Source: Candidatus Bathyarchaeia archaeon (GTDB lineage Archaea; Thermoproteota; Bathyarchaeia; 40CM-2-53-6). From it: a DNA stretch of 64,000 nucleotides. This document shows positions 1-10,430 of this stretch, in pieces. Positions within the stretch are counted from its first letter, which is position 1, and each line of letters opens with the position of its first letter. Below the pieces are notes generated by a model. That model saw only the letters and a list, made by a program, of their open reading frames with translations, was not told where the DNA came from and ran no database searches. Made by a program: the position numbers and the translations under genes. The stretch lies in the NCBI GenBank assembly GCA_050013255.1, contig JBEKFP010000001.1:960001-1024000 (forward strand). The letters run 5' to 3'.

Positions 1-503
1 ACCAACAATGCGACAATGTTGTCCATCATACTCCAGACCACCCCAACCATTACCGTATACGGGTTGAACAGGAAGAGTTCAGCGCGGGCAAGGGCTGAAA
101 GGCTATGGTGATTATTCTGACGAATCAAATTCGAATTCGTCTGTGGCGAAAAAATCATCATTAACCATGCGAGAGCGATGTCGCCAAGAATTATTGGAAG
201 TTTAATGAGGAAAATGTAGGAAAAAACGTTGGCTGGCATAATTAGCTGGGATAACTTGTAAGCTACGCCACACCAATAGGCCCAGAGCGGAGGATAACCC
301 AGGCTCGGGTGGAGGGTATAGGGTGAGGTCAGATTCGCTACATTTCTACCAGTTGCTATCCAGATACTGAGGTCATAGGGATGCCCTGTAAATGGAGCGA
401 TTAGTATTCGACCTAGGATTGCCGCAAGAAAAACCGGTAAAGCGACCCGCATGCCCTTGTGATTCAAGTCATATCTCGTCTGATTCGTGATCTGAGACAT
501 CAT
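1..503 (-). CDS. GT87/PIG-M-like (DUF2029) membrane glycosyltransferase, 5' part; runs off the window start
   Basis: Not in the ORF track. Manual translation of the minus strand from ATG at 503 is open to the edge: MMSQ...APFTGHPYDLSIW...GYPPLWAYW...KLPIILGD...LFNPYTVMVGVVWSMMDN, motifs typical of GT-C fold mannosyltransferases. Confidence 0.7.
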   Translation of the reverse strand, partial: MMSQITNQTRYDLNHKGMRVALPVFLAAILGRILIAPFTGHPYDLSIWIATGRNVANLTSPYTLHPSLGYPPLWAYWCGVAYKLSQLIMPANVFSYIFLIKLPIILGDIALAWLMMIFSPQTNSNLIRQNNHHSLSALARAELFLFNPYTVMVGVVWSMMDNIVALL

Positions 504-543
504 AAAATGGTTGAGTCCATAATCTGAGCCACTTATCTCGCTC

Positions 544-777
544 CTACTGTCTGACTTTTGACAGGTCTATCCTCTGCAACTCACCACGCAGCTGCTCTAG
601 CCAAGGTGTGAACTGTTCTCTTCCTGGGCATACTATCCGGAGACGTCCGTCGGGCAGAATCGTAATGCTCCCGTTCTCTTCGGTCTTTAGCGGTATGAAG
701 ACGGACTCTCGATGCACGTTCAATGAGTCGGTTATCTCGAGAACTTTGAGGACCTGTTCCGGGCGTATTGCGCTCAT
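544..777 (-). CDS. small hypothetical protein
   Basis: ORF 544..792 with likely ATG at 777 (MSAIRPEQ...); protein-like composition; same strand as the neighbouring glycosyltransferase. Confidence 0.6.
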   Translation of the reverse strand: MSAIRPEQVLKVLEITDSLNVHRESVFIPLKTEENGSITILPDGRLRIVCPGREQFTPWLEQLRGELQRIDLSKVRQ

Positions 778-927
778 TCTTCTTCGCCGCAAACCTGTAA
801 TCGGTAAATTATTGGCGTATGGATGGGATGCGATGCATTTAGTCTACTTATCGCACTATACCTGCCCTGCTAGTCTATATGCTAAACATAAGACGCTACT
901 TTCGACCTAACGCCCCTTGCGATACTC

Positions 928-1533
928 ATGCAAGTGCAACACGCGGATCGGAGGGTAGACTCTCTAAGCGAAGTGTTCCTCGAGGACGTTTACGCCATAC
1001 CCGGCGGGGAGAAGGTTAAGGAATGCATTCAATGCGGCACCTGCAGCGCCTCCTGCCCCACGAGCTACGCGATGGACTATACGCCACGAGAGGTCATCGC
1101 AGCGCTTAGGGCCGGAATGCTTGACCGTGTTCTGAAGAGCAACACAATCTGGCTATGCGCCTCATGCTACTCCTGCACCGTCAGGTGCCCCTCAGGAATC
1201 AAACTAACAGACGTCATGTACGAGCTCAAACGGCTCGCAATCGAGTTCAATCTCGTTCCGAAGAATGTCAAAACACCAATGGTATCGAAACTGTTCGTCA
1301 GCATCGTCGATAAGTACGGCCGAATATCAGAAACCGAACTCGTTAGCAAATTCATGATGAAGACAAATCCCCTTTCCATCGTCAAGATGATTCCGCGGGC
1401 ATACAAGCTCTTCATGCGTGGTAGACTACCACTAATTCCTCACCGCATCAAAGGAACACGCGACTTACGCAAGAGCACTGAGATGCTTGTCTCAGGAGTG
1501 CATGCGGGAACAGCCGCAAAGGGGGCGCAATAG
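928..1533 (+). CDS. hdrC: heterodisulfide reductase subunit C (2x[4Fe-4S])
   Basis: CIQCGTCSASCP and CASCYSCTVRCP motifs; directly upstream of hdrB and hdrA. Confidence 0.92.
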   Translation: MQVQHADRRVDSLSEVFLEDVYAIPGGEKVKECIQCGTCSASCPTSYAMDYTPREVIAALRAGMLDRVLKSNTIWLCASCYSCTVRCPSGIKLTDVMYELKRLAIEFNLVPKNVKTPMVSKLFVSIVDKYGRISETELVSKFMMKTNPLSIVKMIPRAYKLFMRGRLPLIPHRIKGTRDLRKSTEMLVSGVHAGTAAKGAQ

Positions 1534-1537
1534 AAAG

Positions 1538-2443
1538 TTGCAGTCTCAGGTTCAATTCTCATACTACCCGGGTTGCTCGGTCGAAGGAATGAACAAAGCC
1601 TACGATAAGGCCACCCGCGTGGTGTGCAAGGCACTCGACATCAACCTAACTGAGCTAACTGACTGGAACTGTTGCGGCGCCACCTCATACATGGCCATCA
1701 ATGAACAGAGGGCACACCTTCTCTCAGCAAGAAACTTGGCGTTGGCGGAGAAAGAAAAGAAAGACCTAGTCGTCGTCTGCCCCGCCTGCCTAACCACTCT
1801 AACCAAGACGCACCGCTACATGGGCGAAGATCCGAAACTGAGGCGGGCGGTCAACGCAGCCCTGGGCGCTACGGGCATGCAGTATCAGGGAGGGGCGAGG
1901 GTTAGGCACCTCCTCGAAGTGATCGTTAACGAGGTAGGCGAAGGCAAAGTCAAAGCCAGAATAAAGAAACCACTCACCAATCTCACGGTCGCACCATACT
2001 ATGGCTGCCAACTGACGCGGCCTTTCGGAGAAATCGATGACAAAGAATTCCCAACGATGCTTGACAAACTACTCTCCTGGCTGGGAGCCAAGCCGGTCAA
2101 TTTTCCGTTGAAAACAAAATGCTGCGGTGGCATGCTAATGATGACTAACGAAGATGTTGCACTGGGTTTAACGAGAAACCTTCTCGAATCGGCGAAGCAA
2201 AATGGCGCAGAATGCATCGCCACTCTCTGTCCACTATGCCACATCAACCTGGAAGCGTACCAGGGCAACGTGAACAAGCTCTTCGGAACAGACTTCAACG
2301 TTCCAATCCTATACTTTACACAACTGCTCGGCCTAGCTTTCGGTTTCTCGCGAAAATCGCTTGGCGTTGACGACGAGCTAACGTCTAGCAAACGTTTGCT
2401 AAAGAAAACTTGGTGGTTGTACGAGAGTTGCCAGAAAAGATAG
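1538..2443 (+). CDS. hdrB: heterodisulfide reductase subunit B (CCG domains)
   Basis: YYPGC...WNCCGA...CPAC and YYGC...KCCGG...CPLC; probable TTG start at 1538 (track start 1487 overlaps hdrC). Confidence 0.92.
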   Translation: MQSQVQFSYYPGCSVEGMNKAYDKATRVVCKALDINLTELTDWNCCGATSYMAINEQRAHLLSARNLALAEKEKKDLVVVCPACLTTLTKTHRYMGEDPKLRRAVNAALGATGMQYQGGARVRHLLEVIVNEVGEGKVKARIKKPLTNLTVAPYYGCQLTRPFGEIDDKEFPTMLDKLLSWLGAKPVNFPLKTKCCGGMLMMTNEDVALGLTRNLLESAKQNGAECIATLCPLCHINLEAYQGNVNKLFGTDFNVPILYFTQLLGLAFGFSRKSLGVDDELTSSKRLLKKTWWLYESCQKR

Positions 2444-4386
2444 GTGTCTACGTCTGCCACTGCGGGACGAACATAGCTCGCACTGTGGACTGCAAGGCCG
2501 TTGCCGAATATGCGCTTCGTCTTCCTAACGTAGTTGTGGCGCGGGATTACCAGTACACGTGCTCCGACCCAGGGCAAGAAATGATCAGGAAGGATATTGG
2601 CGAGCTTGGTCTAACCCGAGTAGTCGTTGCCTCATGTTCCCCCCTGATGCATGAGCCAACCTTCCGGCGCGCCGTTGCCGGCGCGGGCCTGAACCCGTTC
2701 TTGTTTCAAATGGCCAACATCCGAGAACAGTGCTCGTGGATAACGGAAGACAAGGAGTTGGCGACAGAGCGGGCTAAGGCCATCGTCGGCGCAGCCGTAA
2801 TGCGTGTGACTTTCCACGAACCACTCGAGGTAAAGAAGGTCCCAGTGAACCCAGACGTGCTGATCGTTGGAGGGGGCATCACGGGAATTGAGGCTGCGCT
2901 TCAAATTGCAGATTCGGGGAAGAAGGTATACCTTGTCGAGAAGGAACCATCAATTGGGGGTTACATGGCGCGGTTCGACAAGACCTTTCCCACACTCGAC
3001 TGCGCGGCCTGCATCCTCACTCCCAAGATGGTATCCGTCGGCCAGCACCCGAACATTGAGCTCCTAACTTACAGCGACGTCACCGACTTTTCCGGCTATG
3101 TAGGGAACTTCACCGCGCGAATACGCAAAAGGCCGAGGTACATCGACGAGGAGAAGTGCACAGGTTGCGGCCAATGCGAACAAAAATGTCCACTAAGCGT
3201 ACCAAGCGAGTTTGACTGTGGCTTAGGCAAAAGGAAGGCCATCTACCGGCCGTTCCCTCAAGCCGTCCCAGGCACCCCGGTCATCGACAGGGAACACTGC
3301 CTATACTTCACAAAAGGTGTCTGCAAGGTCTGCGTGAAGTTCTGCCCGAAGGGCGCAATAGACTTCGAACAGAAAGAGAAGTTTGTTGAAGTGCCCGTTG
3401 GCTCCGCAATCCTCGCTACGGGTTTTGATGTTTTCGACGGCGCGCGCATCAAAGAATACGGGTACGGCAGGTTGCCCAACGTCATAACGAGCCTAGAATT
3501 CGAACGGCTGACGCACGCGTCAGGGCCAACGGGGGGCAATGTAGTTCTCAAGAACGGTAAGACTCCTGAGAGCGTAGCAATCATCCATTGCGTTGGAAGC
3601 CGAGATCACAACTACAACGAGTACTGCTCAAGAGTTTGCTGCATGTACTCACTAAAGACAGCTCACCTAGTTCGGGAGAAAACAGCGGGGAAGGTATACG
3701 AATTCTACATTGACATGCGGGCGTTTGGGAAAGGCTACGAGGAATTCTACAAACGGCTACTCGAAGAAGACGTGACCTTCATCCGCGGAAGGGTAGCCGA
3801 GGTTACGGATGTAAGCGAAAGTACCTCCGAGAAAGGTAAGTTAGTGGTTGTGGCTGAGGATACTCTTCTAGGAATCGTGCGCAGGGTCCCCGTTGATATG
3901 GTGATTCTTAGTGTTGGACTTGAGCCCAGGCGGGATGCGCTTGATGTTGCACACACGTTTTCAATCAGCAGAAGCAAGGATGGCTTCTTCCTAGAGAAGC
4001 ATCCGAAGCTTGCACCGGTTTCCACGGCCGTCGATGGGGTCTTCGTTGCAGGGGCTTGCCAAGGGCCAAAGGACATTCCAGATAGTGTAGCACAGGGAGC
4101 CGCCGCAGCCGCCAACGTCCTCTCGCTCATTGACAGGAAGGCAGTGGAACTTGAACCCGCAATTGCGGTAATCAATGAGGCCTCATGTTCTGGCTGCAAA
4201 ATATGTGTTGAATTATGCCCATACCACGCGATAACTTACGACGGAGAAAGGAAGCTCGCTGCAGTAAACGAGGCCCTGTGCAAGGGATGTGGCGTCTGCG
4301 TGGCAGCCTGTCCTTCCAGTGCGATTGAACAGCAGAACTTCACTAACCGTCAGCTCGTGGCGGAAATTGAAGCTATCTGCACATAA
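2428..4386 (+). CDS. hdrA: heterodisulfide reductase subunit A (FAD, Fe-S)
   Basis: IGVYVCHCGTNI, GGGITG FAD motif, KTFPTLDCAACIL, CVGSRD...CSRVCCMYS, C-terminal ferredoxin domain; probable TTG start at 2428. Confidence 0.95.
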   Translation: MPEKIGVYVCHCGTNIARTVDCKAVAEYALRLPNVVVARDYQYTCSDPGQEMIRKDIGELGLTRVVVASCSPLMHEPTFRRAVAGAGLNPFLFQMANIREQCSWITEDKELATERAKAIVGAAVMRVTFHEPLEVKKVPVNPDVLIVGGGITGIEAALQIADSGKKVYLVEKEPSIGGYMARFDKTFPTLDCAACILTPKMVSVGQHPNIELLTYSDVTDFSGYVGNFTARIRKRPRYIDEEKCTGCGQCEQKCPLSVPSEFDCGLGKRKAIYRPFPQAVPGTPVIDREHCLYFTKGVCKVCVKFCPKGAIDFEQKEKFVEVPVGSAILATGFDVFDGARIKEYGYGRLPNVITSLEFERLTHASGPTGGNVVLKNGKTPESVAIIHCVGSRDHNYNEYCSRVCCMYSLKTAHLVREKTAGKVYEFYIDMRAFGKGYEEFYKRLLEEDVTFIRGRVAEVTDVSESTSEKGKLVVVAEDTLLGIVRRVPVDMVILSVGLEPRRDALDVAHTFSISRSKDGFFLEKHPKLAPVSTAVDGVFVAGACQGPKDIPDSVAQGAAAAANVLSLIDRKAVELEPAIAVINEASCSGCKICVELCPYHAITYDGERKLAAVNEALCKGCGVCVAACPSSAIEQQNFTNRQLVAEIEAICT

Positions 4387-4510
4387 CGCGGCCGCAGGGC
4401 TAGACGCACAAAGCCAACCTAGGACTCCCGGTTCCGCTACTCTAGTGGATGTACTTCGAGAGTAAGGTTTGGCAAACCTGTTTGGGCTTGCTGCCCGGCA
4501 GAACTGAAGC

Positions 4511-4834
4511 TCAAGCGCGTATGTCGTACCAGTGTAGTTGAACTGGGACTTGTGCCAGTAGCCTTGCTTCGTTGAATAGGTCTATGACTCGTTGGACGGG
4601 GGCGTTGTCGCCGTTTATGCCGTAGACGTATACGGGGCCGTAACTTTTCATGTGAACAAGGTTCGCTGCTATCAGTTTCTCTAAATGCTTGCGTATAACC
4701 TTCCTATCCAGCCCGCTGAACTTCGCAATCTTATAGATGGTCAAATCCTCACTCCGATTGCGGGCTAGAACCAACAGGATCCTCAACCGAGCCTCACTGC
4801 CCAGAGTCTTCAAGAGCAGAGGTCTCAGCGGCAA
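4511..4834 (-). CDS. winged-helix (ArsR-like) transcriptional regulator
   Basis: LGSEARLRILLVL...TIYKIAKFSGLDRKVIRKHLEKL wHTH pattern. Confidence 0.75.
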   Translation of the reverse strand: MPLRPLLLKTLGSEARLRILLVLARNRSEDLTIYKIAKFSGLDRKVIRKHLEKLIAANLVHMKSYGPVYVYGINGDNAPVQRVIDLFNEARLLAQVPVQLHWYDIRA

Positions 4835-5027
4835 AGTATCTCACAAAAGGATAATTGACACCCTGTAAAAATAAACTAGAGAGCTAAGTGAAAGTGTGTT
4901 TCACGTAACCTTCAGAGAGAAAGACAAAACAACCCTCTTTTCAGCGTAGATTACCACAGGAGCGAATGGTTAACTGTTTAGGGGCCCTACTAACCCGTAC
5001 TGTGATGCCAAAGGAAATGTTGTCGGT

Positions 5028-5447
5028 TTGGAATGCGTCTTCTGTGACATCGTCAAGCGGGCTACAGGGTCATACATTATCTACGAAGATGAAGGGTACA
5101 TAGCTTTCTTAGACAAGTATCCAATTTCCATTGGGCATACGCTCGTACTGCCAAAGAAGCACTTTGAACGCGTCAACGACATACCGCAGAGAGAGTTCTG
5201 TGCGTTATACGCGCGGGTTCAGGCCCTAAACCGCCATATAATATCAAAAGTCAATGCGTCCGCATCACACATTTCAATAAATGACGGTGCGGCCGCCAAT
5301 CAACTCATACCGCACGTGCACGTCCACATAATTCCCCGCAATCGGAACGACAGCGCAGGTTTCACTGCAAGGAAACTCATGCGCCCAGACGAGATGGAAG
5401 AAATCAAAAGAAAGTTAGAGATTACAGATCTGAATCTTACCTCTTAG
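5028..5447 (+). CDS. HIT family nucleotide hydrolase
   Basis: N-terminal CVFC, GHTLVLPK, and HVHVHIIPR histidine triad. Confidence 0.92.
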   Translation: MECVFCDIVKRATGSYIIYEDEGYIAFLDKYPISIGHTLVLPKKHFERVNDIPQREFCALYARVQALNRHIISKVNASASHISINDGAAANQLIPHVHVHIIPRNRNDSAGFTARKLMRPDEMEEIKRKLEITDLNLTS

Positions 5448-7182
5448 GTTGCCCAGCTATCATTCTGCTGATTTCCAACCCGATTTGTTTCGGTTCGATG
5501 ATCGGTGCGGTGCAAACTGTTCCGACGCATACGTAGGCGGTGGGTTGTTCCGCGTTAGGAAAGCCGAGGGCAGCTATAGTTTCGGAATCCTTCTTCGGGT
5601 CTAGGACTTGAATGATTTTGCGCGGTTCATAGACTCGGTGTGCCTCCGTCAGTAGGCCTTTCGTTCCTGGTTTCTCGGATGAACCCAGAATGCGCACGGT
5701 TGTCGGTTCGTTAAGGAACGTGTCTACTGCTATGGCATATTCAGCTGCCATAAACCCGAATTGTGGGTAAATTTCGGCGAACCGCTTCAATGTTTCCTCA
5801 GCTTGCTTTCGGTAAACCTCTTTCCCCGTCAGATGGAATAGCTTCGTTAGTACGAGGGCCGCAGTGGTGTTTTCTTCAAGCGGTTTCGCAGGTTTACTTA
5901 GAAAACCAGGCGCGTTGGGGGCCACGGTGGTGTCGAAGAAACCGCCATACTCTGCATCATACAATTTTCGTCCCGCTATTTCCATCAGTTCTTCTGCTAA
6001 TTCCAAGAACTTTCGATCCCCCGTGCACTCGTAAGCAGAGCACAACGCCTTCGCAGTTTGCACTTGGTCAGCAAGTTGGTTCTCGAGGTGTGGTCGGCCG
6101 TCGTGATAGTGGTACATACCCTCGCCTGGCTTATAGTTGAGTTTCAACAACCTTTCCAAACTCTTCAGTCCGAATTCTCGGGTGGACATTTCGCCGAGCG
6201 TGAATGATCCTCCCAAGTATGCAGAGGTCATCATTGCGTTCCAGTTTGTGTAAATGTGTTTGTCGATGAACGGCGGTTTTGCTTTCGCACGCTCGGCCTT
6301 GTTTAGCTTGTAGTATTCCTCATCAGCATCTTGGCTGCCATAGAAGCATCCATTCACCTGGTCGCTTAGCCAAGAGTTCACGTAACCGATAATTCCCCTC
6401 GCGATGTCAGCGTAGAATGGTTCGCCCGTAATTTGGTACGCGTGTAGGTAGAGTTGTAACCATTTCGCGTTATCCTCGCACATCTTCTCGAAGTGTGGAA
6501 CGCTCCAGTCTCTGAGGGTTGAGTACCTGAAGAAGCCCCCCATTTCCTTGTCGTACGTGCCGCTGCGCCCAACGTTCTGAAGCGTCACGGCCGCGAATCG
6601 GAGGAATTCGCGGTTGCCGCTGTAATGGTACTTCAAGAGGGCGAGTTCGTGGGCTTCGGTGTTGGGGAATTTTGGTTGCGAGCCGAACCCGCCGTAGATA
6701 GGGTCGAAATTGTTCGCAACCTCGCCAAGAATCTCATCAACGATTAGAGGCGACAGTTGGCCGCTCGGTATGCTCTCAGGTTCAGGCATCTCCAGTTCAG
6801 GTGCTGGTTTACCTTGAGACTTTTCCCAAAATGACTTAACATCCCTCAAGACCTGCCGCATCTGTTCAGGGGGCATGTATGTTCCCCCGCCAATCACGCG
6901 GCCATCGGGGGTGAGAAAGGCGGTCGTTGGCCAACCGCCCATGTTATACCGTCGGTTAATGTCGGGCCGTTTATCAGTGTCCACCCGGATTGGAATGAAG
7001 TTGGATTCAATATACTCAGCAACTTCCGGGACGGAATACGTATCGTGGTCCAATCTGTGGCACCAATGGCACCACACAGCGCTAATATCGAGAAGAACGG
7101 GTTTGTTCTCATTCTTCGCCCGCTCAAAGGCCTCGTCCGTCCAATCGATCCAATGTATCTTTGACGATTCTTTCGGTTCCAA
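5437..7182 (-). CDS. thioredoxin-domain protein, YyaL/SSP411 (DUF255) family
   Basis: IHWIDW...WCHWCH, GGWPTTAFLTPDG, GGFGSQPKFP, PHFEKM..DNA. Confidence 0.9.
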   Translation of the reverse strand: MEPKESSKIHWIDWTDEAFERAKNENKPVLLDISAVWCHWCHRLDHDTYSVPEVAEYIESNFIPIRVDTDKRPDINRRYNMGGWPTTAFLTPDGRVIGGGTYMPPEQMRQVLRDVKSFWEKSQGKPAPELEMPEPESIPSGQLSPLIVDEILGEVANNFDPIYGGFGSQPKFPNTEAHELALLKYHYSGNREFLRFAAVTLQNVGRSGTYDKEMGGFFRYSTLRDWSVPHFEKMCEDNAKWLQLYLHAYQITGEPFYADIARGIIGYVNSWLSDQVNGCFYGSQDADEEYYKLNKAERAKAKPPFIDKHIYTNWNAMMTSAYLGGSFTLGEMSTREFGLKSLERLLKLNYKPGEGMYHYHDGRPHLENQLADQVQTAKALCSAYECTGDRKFLELAEELMEIAGRKLYDAEYGGFFDTTVAPNAPGFLSKPAKPLEENTTAALVLTKLFHLTGKEVYRKQAEETLKRFAEIYPQFGFMAAEYAIAVDTFLNEPTTVRILGSSEKPGTKGLLTEAHRVYEPRKIIQVLDPKKDSETIAALGFPNAEQPTAYVCVGTVCTAPIIEPKQIGLEISRMIAGQPKR

Positions 7183-7296
7183 TTCTACTCAAACCCACTG
7201 ATTCTGTCCGCATTCGCCTTAAACGTGGCCCAAAATTGCAAAGAGACTAAGAGATAATTCATCCGTGAGGAAAGGGACGGTGATGGAGTTGACTTA

Positions 7297-7602
7297 CTAA
7301 GTGCGGGGTGGTGGCGGCCTGTTCGGCAGCTTCTTCCTGTATTCATCTAGAATCTTGTCGTAAAGTCCCTTGGTGTAACTCAGCGCTTCCTGGGATTTTG
7401 CGTGGCAGTGTTCGTCCGGCTTTGTGGTTGAGATACATTTTTCCTTTGCTTCCTCTGTTCGTTTCAAAGCTGTTTCGAACTCTGCGCCTCTCTCAAGCTT
7501 GAGAACCGCGAGCAGGGAGTTATATGCAGCTAAGTGAGCACGTTTGCATTCCAAGTGGCTCTTGCCCTCTCTCTCCTGGTAGCAAAGTTTGCAGCAGTCC
7601 AT
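7297..7602 (-). CDS. hypothetical Cys-rich helical protein
   Basis: ORF 7297..7650, likely ATG at 7602 (MDCCKLC...); no family recognised. Confidence 0.5.
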   Translation of the reverse strand: MDCCKLCYQEREGKSHLECKRAHLAAYNSLLAVLKLERGAEFETALKRTEEAKEKCISTTKPDEHCHAKSQEALSYTKGLYDKILDEYRKKLPNRPPPPRT

Positions 7603-7741
7603 TGCTGTGCTCGCTTGGATCCAAGGTTGAATGAGGAATACGGCTTCCATGGGTGCGGAGGGAGGCTCGGTCCGATTTATTGATTATGCAAATCAGGTGA
7701 GGCATAAGCTATAGGTTTCCGCGAGTGATTCAACTGAATGA

Positions 7742-9127
7742 TTGGCTTTGGAGTACTACGAGAACGTTCTGGGCCTAATTGGCAAGACCCCGCTGGTTAA
7801 GATAAACAAAGTCACTAACGGCGCCCAGTGCCTTATCCTTGCGAAGCTTGAGTACCTGAATCCCGGAGGTAGCGTGAAGGATCGCATAGGGGTTGCAATG
7901 ATTGACGATGCTGAACGAAAGGGATTGTTGAAGCCTGGCGGCACAATTGTTGAGCCAACGTCCGGCAACACGGGCATGGGCCTGGCTCTTATCGCTACCA
8001 TTAGAGGGTACAAGGCTATCTTCACGATGCCCGACAAGATGAGTGAGGAAAAGAGGCGTCTCCTCCGCGCTCTCGGCGGACGAGTTGTGATTGCACCCAC
8101 GAATGTGCCTCCTGATTCGCCAGAGAGCTACTACAATGTTGCAAAGCGAATCGCACGAGAAACACCCAACGCGTACATGCCCGACCAATACATGAACCCG
8201 AACAATCCACTCGTCCACTACAATACAACGGGGCCAGAGATATGGAAGCAGACTGACGGGAAGGTGGACGCTGTTATCGTCGGAATGGGGACGGGTGGAA
8301 CTGTGACTGGCATCGGCAAGTTCCTGAAAGAAAAGAAACCAGAAATCAAGATAGTGGGCGTAGACCCGGAGGGGTCCATCTTCTTTCCGCGCTACTACAA
8401 AGTCAACGAGCCTGTTCATCCGTACAAAGTGGAAGGCATTGGTGAGGACTTCATGCCAAAAACTCTTGTTCTTGACTACGTTGATGAGGTAATACGTGTT
8501 AGCGACAAGGATTCGTTTCTAACGGCAAGGCGTTTGGCAAGGGAAGAGGGGCTTTTCGTTGGCGGTTCAGCGGGCGCAGCTATGTGCGCAACGCTTCAAG
8601 TTGCCGCCAAACTTCCGCAGGGTAAGTTGGTTGTAGTGGTTTTCCCAGACACTGGCCGGAACTATCTCAGCAAAATGTACTCAGACGAATGGATGCTCGA
8701 ATTGGGCTACATTGAGGCAGAAAAGACGGAGAAGCTCACGGTGGAATTGATTTTGAAAGCGAAACCAAGTGATGTTCCAGCGATGATTGCTGTTACGCTG
8801 AATGATGCTTTGACAAAGGCGGTTGAATTGATGCGGAAGTTCGATGTATCCCAGCTACCTGTAGTTGAAGAAGGCCATGTTTTAGGTACGGTCCATGATG
8901 ATACAATAATGAAGAAGCTCCTAACGAAAGAGGCTTCGCTAACGCAGTCAGTTCAGGAAATCATGGACCAGCCCCTTCCCACAATCGACGCTAGAGCGGA
9001 GATATCCGACCTCTACAAGCAACTTACTGGTGAACACAACGCAGTGGTTGTTGTTCGGGATGGGAAAGCGATTGGTGTGCTCACGAAGATGGACGTGATC
9101 TCCCACCTTTCCAAGAGAGAGGTCTGA
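7742..9127 (+). CDS. cbs: cystathionine beta-synthase (PLP) with C-terminal CBS pair
   Basis: NPGGSVKDRIG PLP lysine, EPTSGNTG, GMGTGGT, YKVEGIG, RNYLSK, CBS domains. Confidence 0.88.
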   Translation: MALEYYENVLGLIGKTPLVKINKVTNGAQCLILAKLEYLNPGGSVKDRIGVAMIDDAERKGLLKPGGTIVEPTSGNTGMGLALIATIRGYKAIFTMPDKMSEEKRRLLRALGGRVVIAPTNVPPDSPESYYNVAKRIARETPNAYMPDQYMNPNNPLVHYNTTGPEIWKQTDGKVDAVIVGMGTGGTVTGIGKFLKEKKPEIKIVGVDPEGSIFFPRYYKVNEPVHPYKVEGIGEDFMPKTLVLDYVDEVIRVSDKDSFLTARRLAREEGLFVGGSAGAAMCATLQVAAKLPQGKLVVVVFPDTGRNYLSKMYSDEWMLELGYIEAEKTEKLTVELILKAKPSDVPAMIAVTLNDALTKAVELMRKFDVSQLPVVEEGHVLGTVHDDTIMKKLLTKEASLTQSVQEIMDQPLPTIDARAEISDLYKQLTGEHNAVVVVRDGKAIGVLTKMDVISHLSKREV

Positions 9128-10334
9128 GGTTTCTGAAGTCTGGCCCTACTATGACAGTTGCAACGCTCATTGCAGCGATGAGGATCACGAGGCCCGCGTA
9201 GAAGAGGCTTGAGATCCCATACCGGTCAAGCAGGTATCCGCCAAGCAATGGGCCTATGATTGTTCCCAAACTGATTACAACGCTGTAAATCCCCATTGTT
9301 GTTCCACGGCCTCGCTCGGGCGCTAGGTCTCCGAGTGATGCGAGGGCTGCTGGTGCGAAGGCGAAGCTTCCAACCCCGAACACAACGAGGAATGGGGCCA
9401 CGTACATTAAGTCCAAGCGGTGCCTGAACATCGTGATAATCGTAGCGAAAAGGCCGACCAATGAAACCATTCCCAACATCATCAACCTATCCCGGCCGTA
9501 ATGGTCTGAAAGGTGGCCGAAGAATGGTTGCGAAAATGCTAGAACCAGAACTACGCCTGCGATTACGAAGCTCGTTAGGAGAGGCGAAGGGCCAAAGCGC
9601 GGGCCGAATGTCAGAGCCATTCCGATGAACGTAGTTACGGATAACCATATTGGAAACATTGCTGCAGCGCGTTTATCACTCAAAAGGAGTCGCAGAGTCC
9701 GGACCGGAGAGAGGGCGGAACGCCTCGCATGGGTCTTCGCTTCTCTCACTCTCAAATATGCGAAAACAGCCCCAACCGCCGCCAGGGCTGAAGCGAAATA
9801 GAACGGGGCTACTATCAGATGTGTTCGCAACAAAACCCCGGCTGCAAAAATACCTACCACATATCCACCGAGGTTAGCAAAGTCGTATATCCCCATCTCA
9901 CGGCCGCGGTTCGCAGTGGTACTCACGTCTGTAGCCATAGTCAAGGTACTCACGACGATCATGGCCGCGGCCAAACCTTGTACGGCGTGTACGAGGATGA
10001 GATAGTAAACCGCAGTATTCAAGGTGAAGGCAAACAATGCAAAGGTTGAGAGCGCCAAGCCAAGGTAAATCCACCTTCTTCTCCCAAACCAATCCACCAA
10101 CACACCAATTGCGGGGGCCGCAATAATCTCCGTAACTGGGTAAGCGGCTGCAATCACTCCTACCACGAAGTTAGAGAACTCTTCCCTGGGAAGGTAGATT
10201 GGGAGTGTGAAGAGAACGAGGCCGAAGCTGAATCGCATCAAGAAAACTGAAATGTAGAGTGGTGAAGAGAGAATCAATGAACCGGCAACTGAGATGCGTG
10301 TCGAATAAGACCTAGCCAACCTCTTCTCCTCCAC
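9081..10334 (-). CDS. MFS transporter
   Basis: About 12 TM segments; GxLxDxxGRR motif A in both halves. Confidence 0.9.
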   Translation of the reverse strand: MEEKRLARSYSTRISVAGSLILSSPLYISVFLMRFSFGLVLFTLPIYLPREEFSNFVVGVIAAAYPVTEIIAAPAIGVLVDWFGRRRWIYLGLALSTFALFAFTLNTAVYYLILVHAVQGLAAAMIVVSTLTMATDVSTTANRGREMGIYDFANLGGYVVGIFAAGVLLRTHLIVAPFYFASALAAVGAVFAYLRVREAKTHARRSALSPVRTLRLLLSDKRAAAMFPIWLSVTTFIGMALTFGPRFGPSPLLTSFVIAGVVLVLAFSQPFFGHLSDHYGRDRLMMLGMVSLVGLFATIITMFRHRLDLMYVAPFLVVFGVGSFAFAPAALASLGDLAPERGRGTTMGIYSVVISLGTIIGPLLGGYLLDRYGISSLFYAGLVILIAAMSVATVIVGPDFRNLRPLSWKGGRSRPSS

Positions 10335-10430
10335 CAGTAGACATCCACAAAGATTTCGATCCTGTGGGGCGAACGTCCGTATAAGTGAAGTTGTAAGCGT
10401 TTAATTGTATGCGCATGGAAGCCACGAACC

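Noticed and set aside
2428-4386. Selenocysteine recoding in HdrA or the XDH subunits
   Set aside because: All frames are open with ordinary Cys codons; no in-frame TGA is needed and no yqeB/yqeC/selD genes are present
4465-4479. Palindrome AGGTTTG-G-CAAACCT between convergent genes
   Set aside because: Short, single and without supporting context; could be chance
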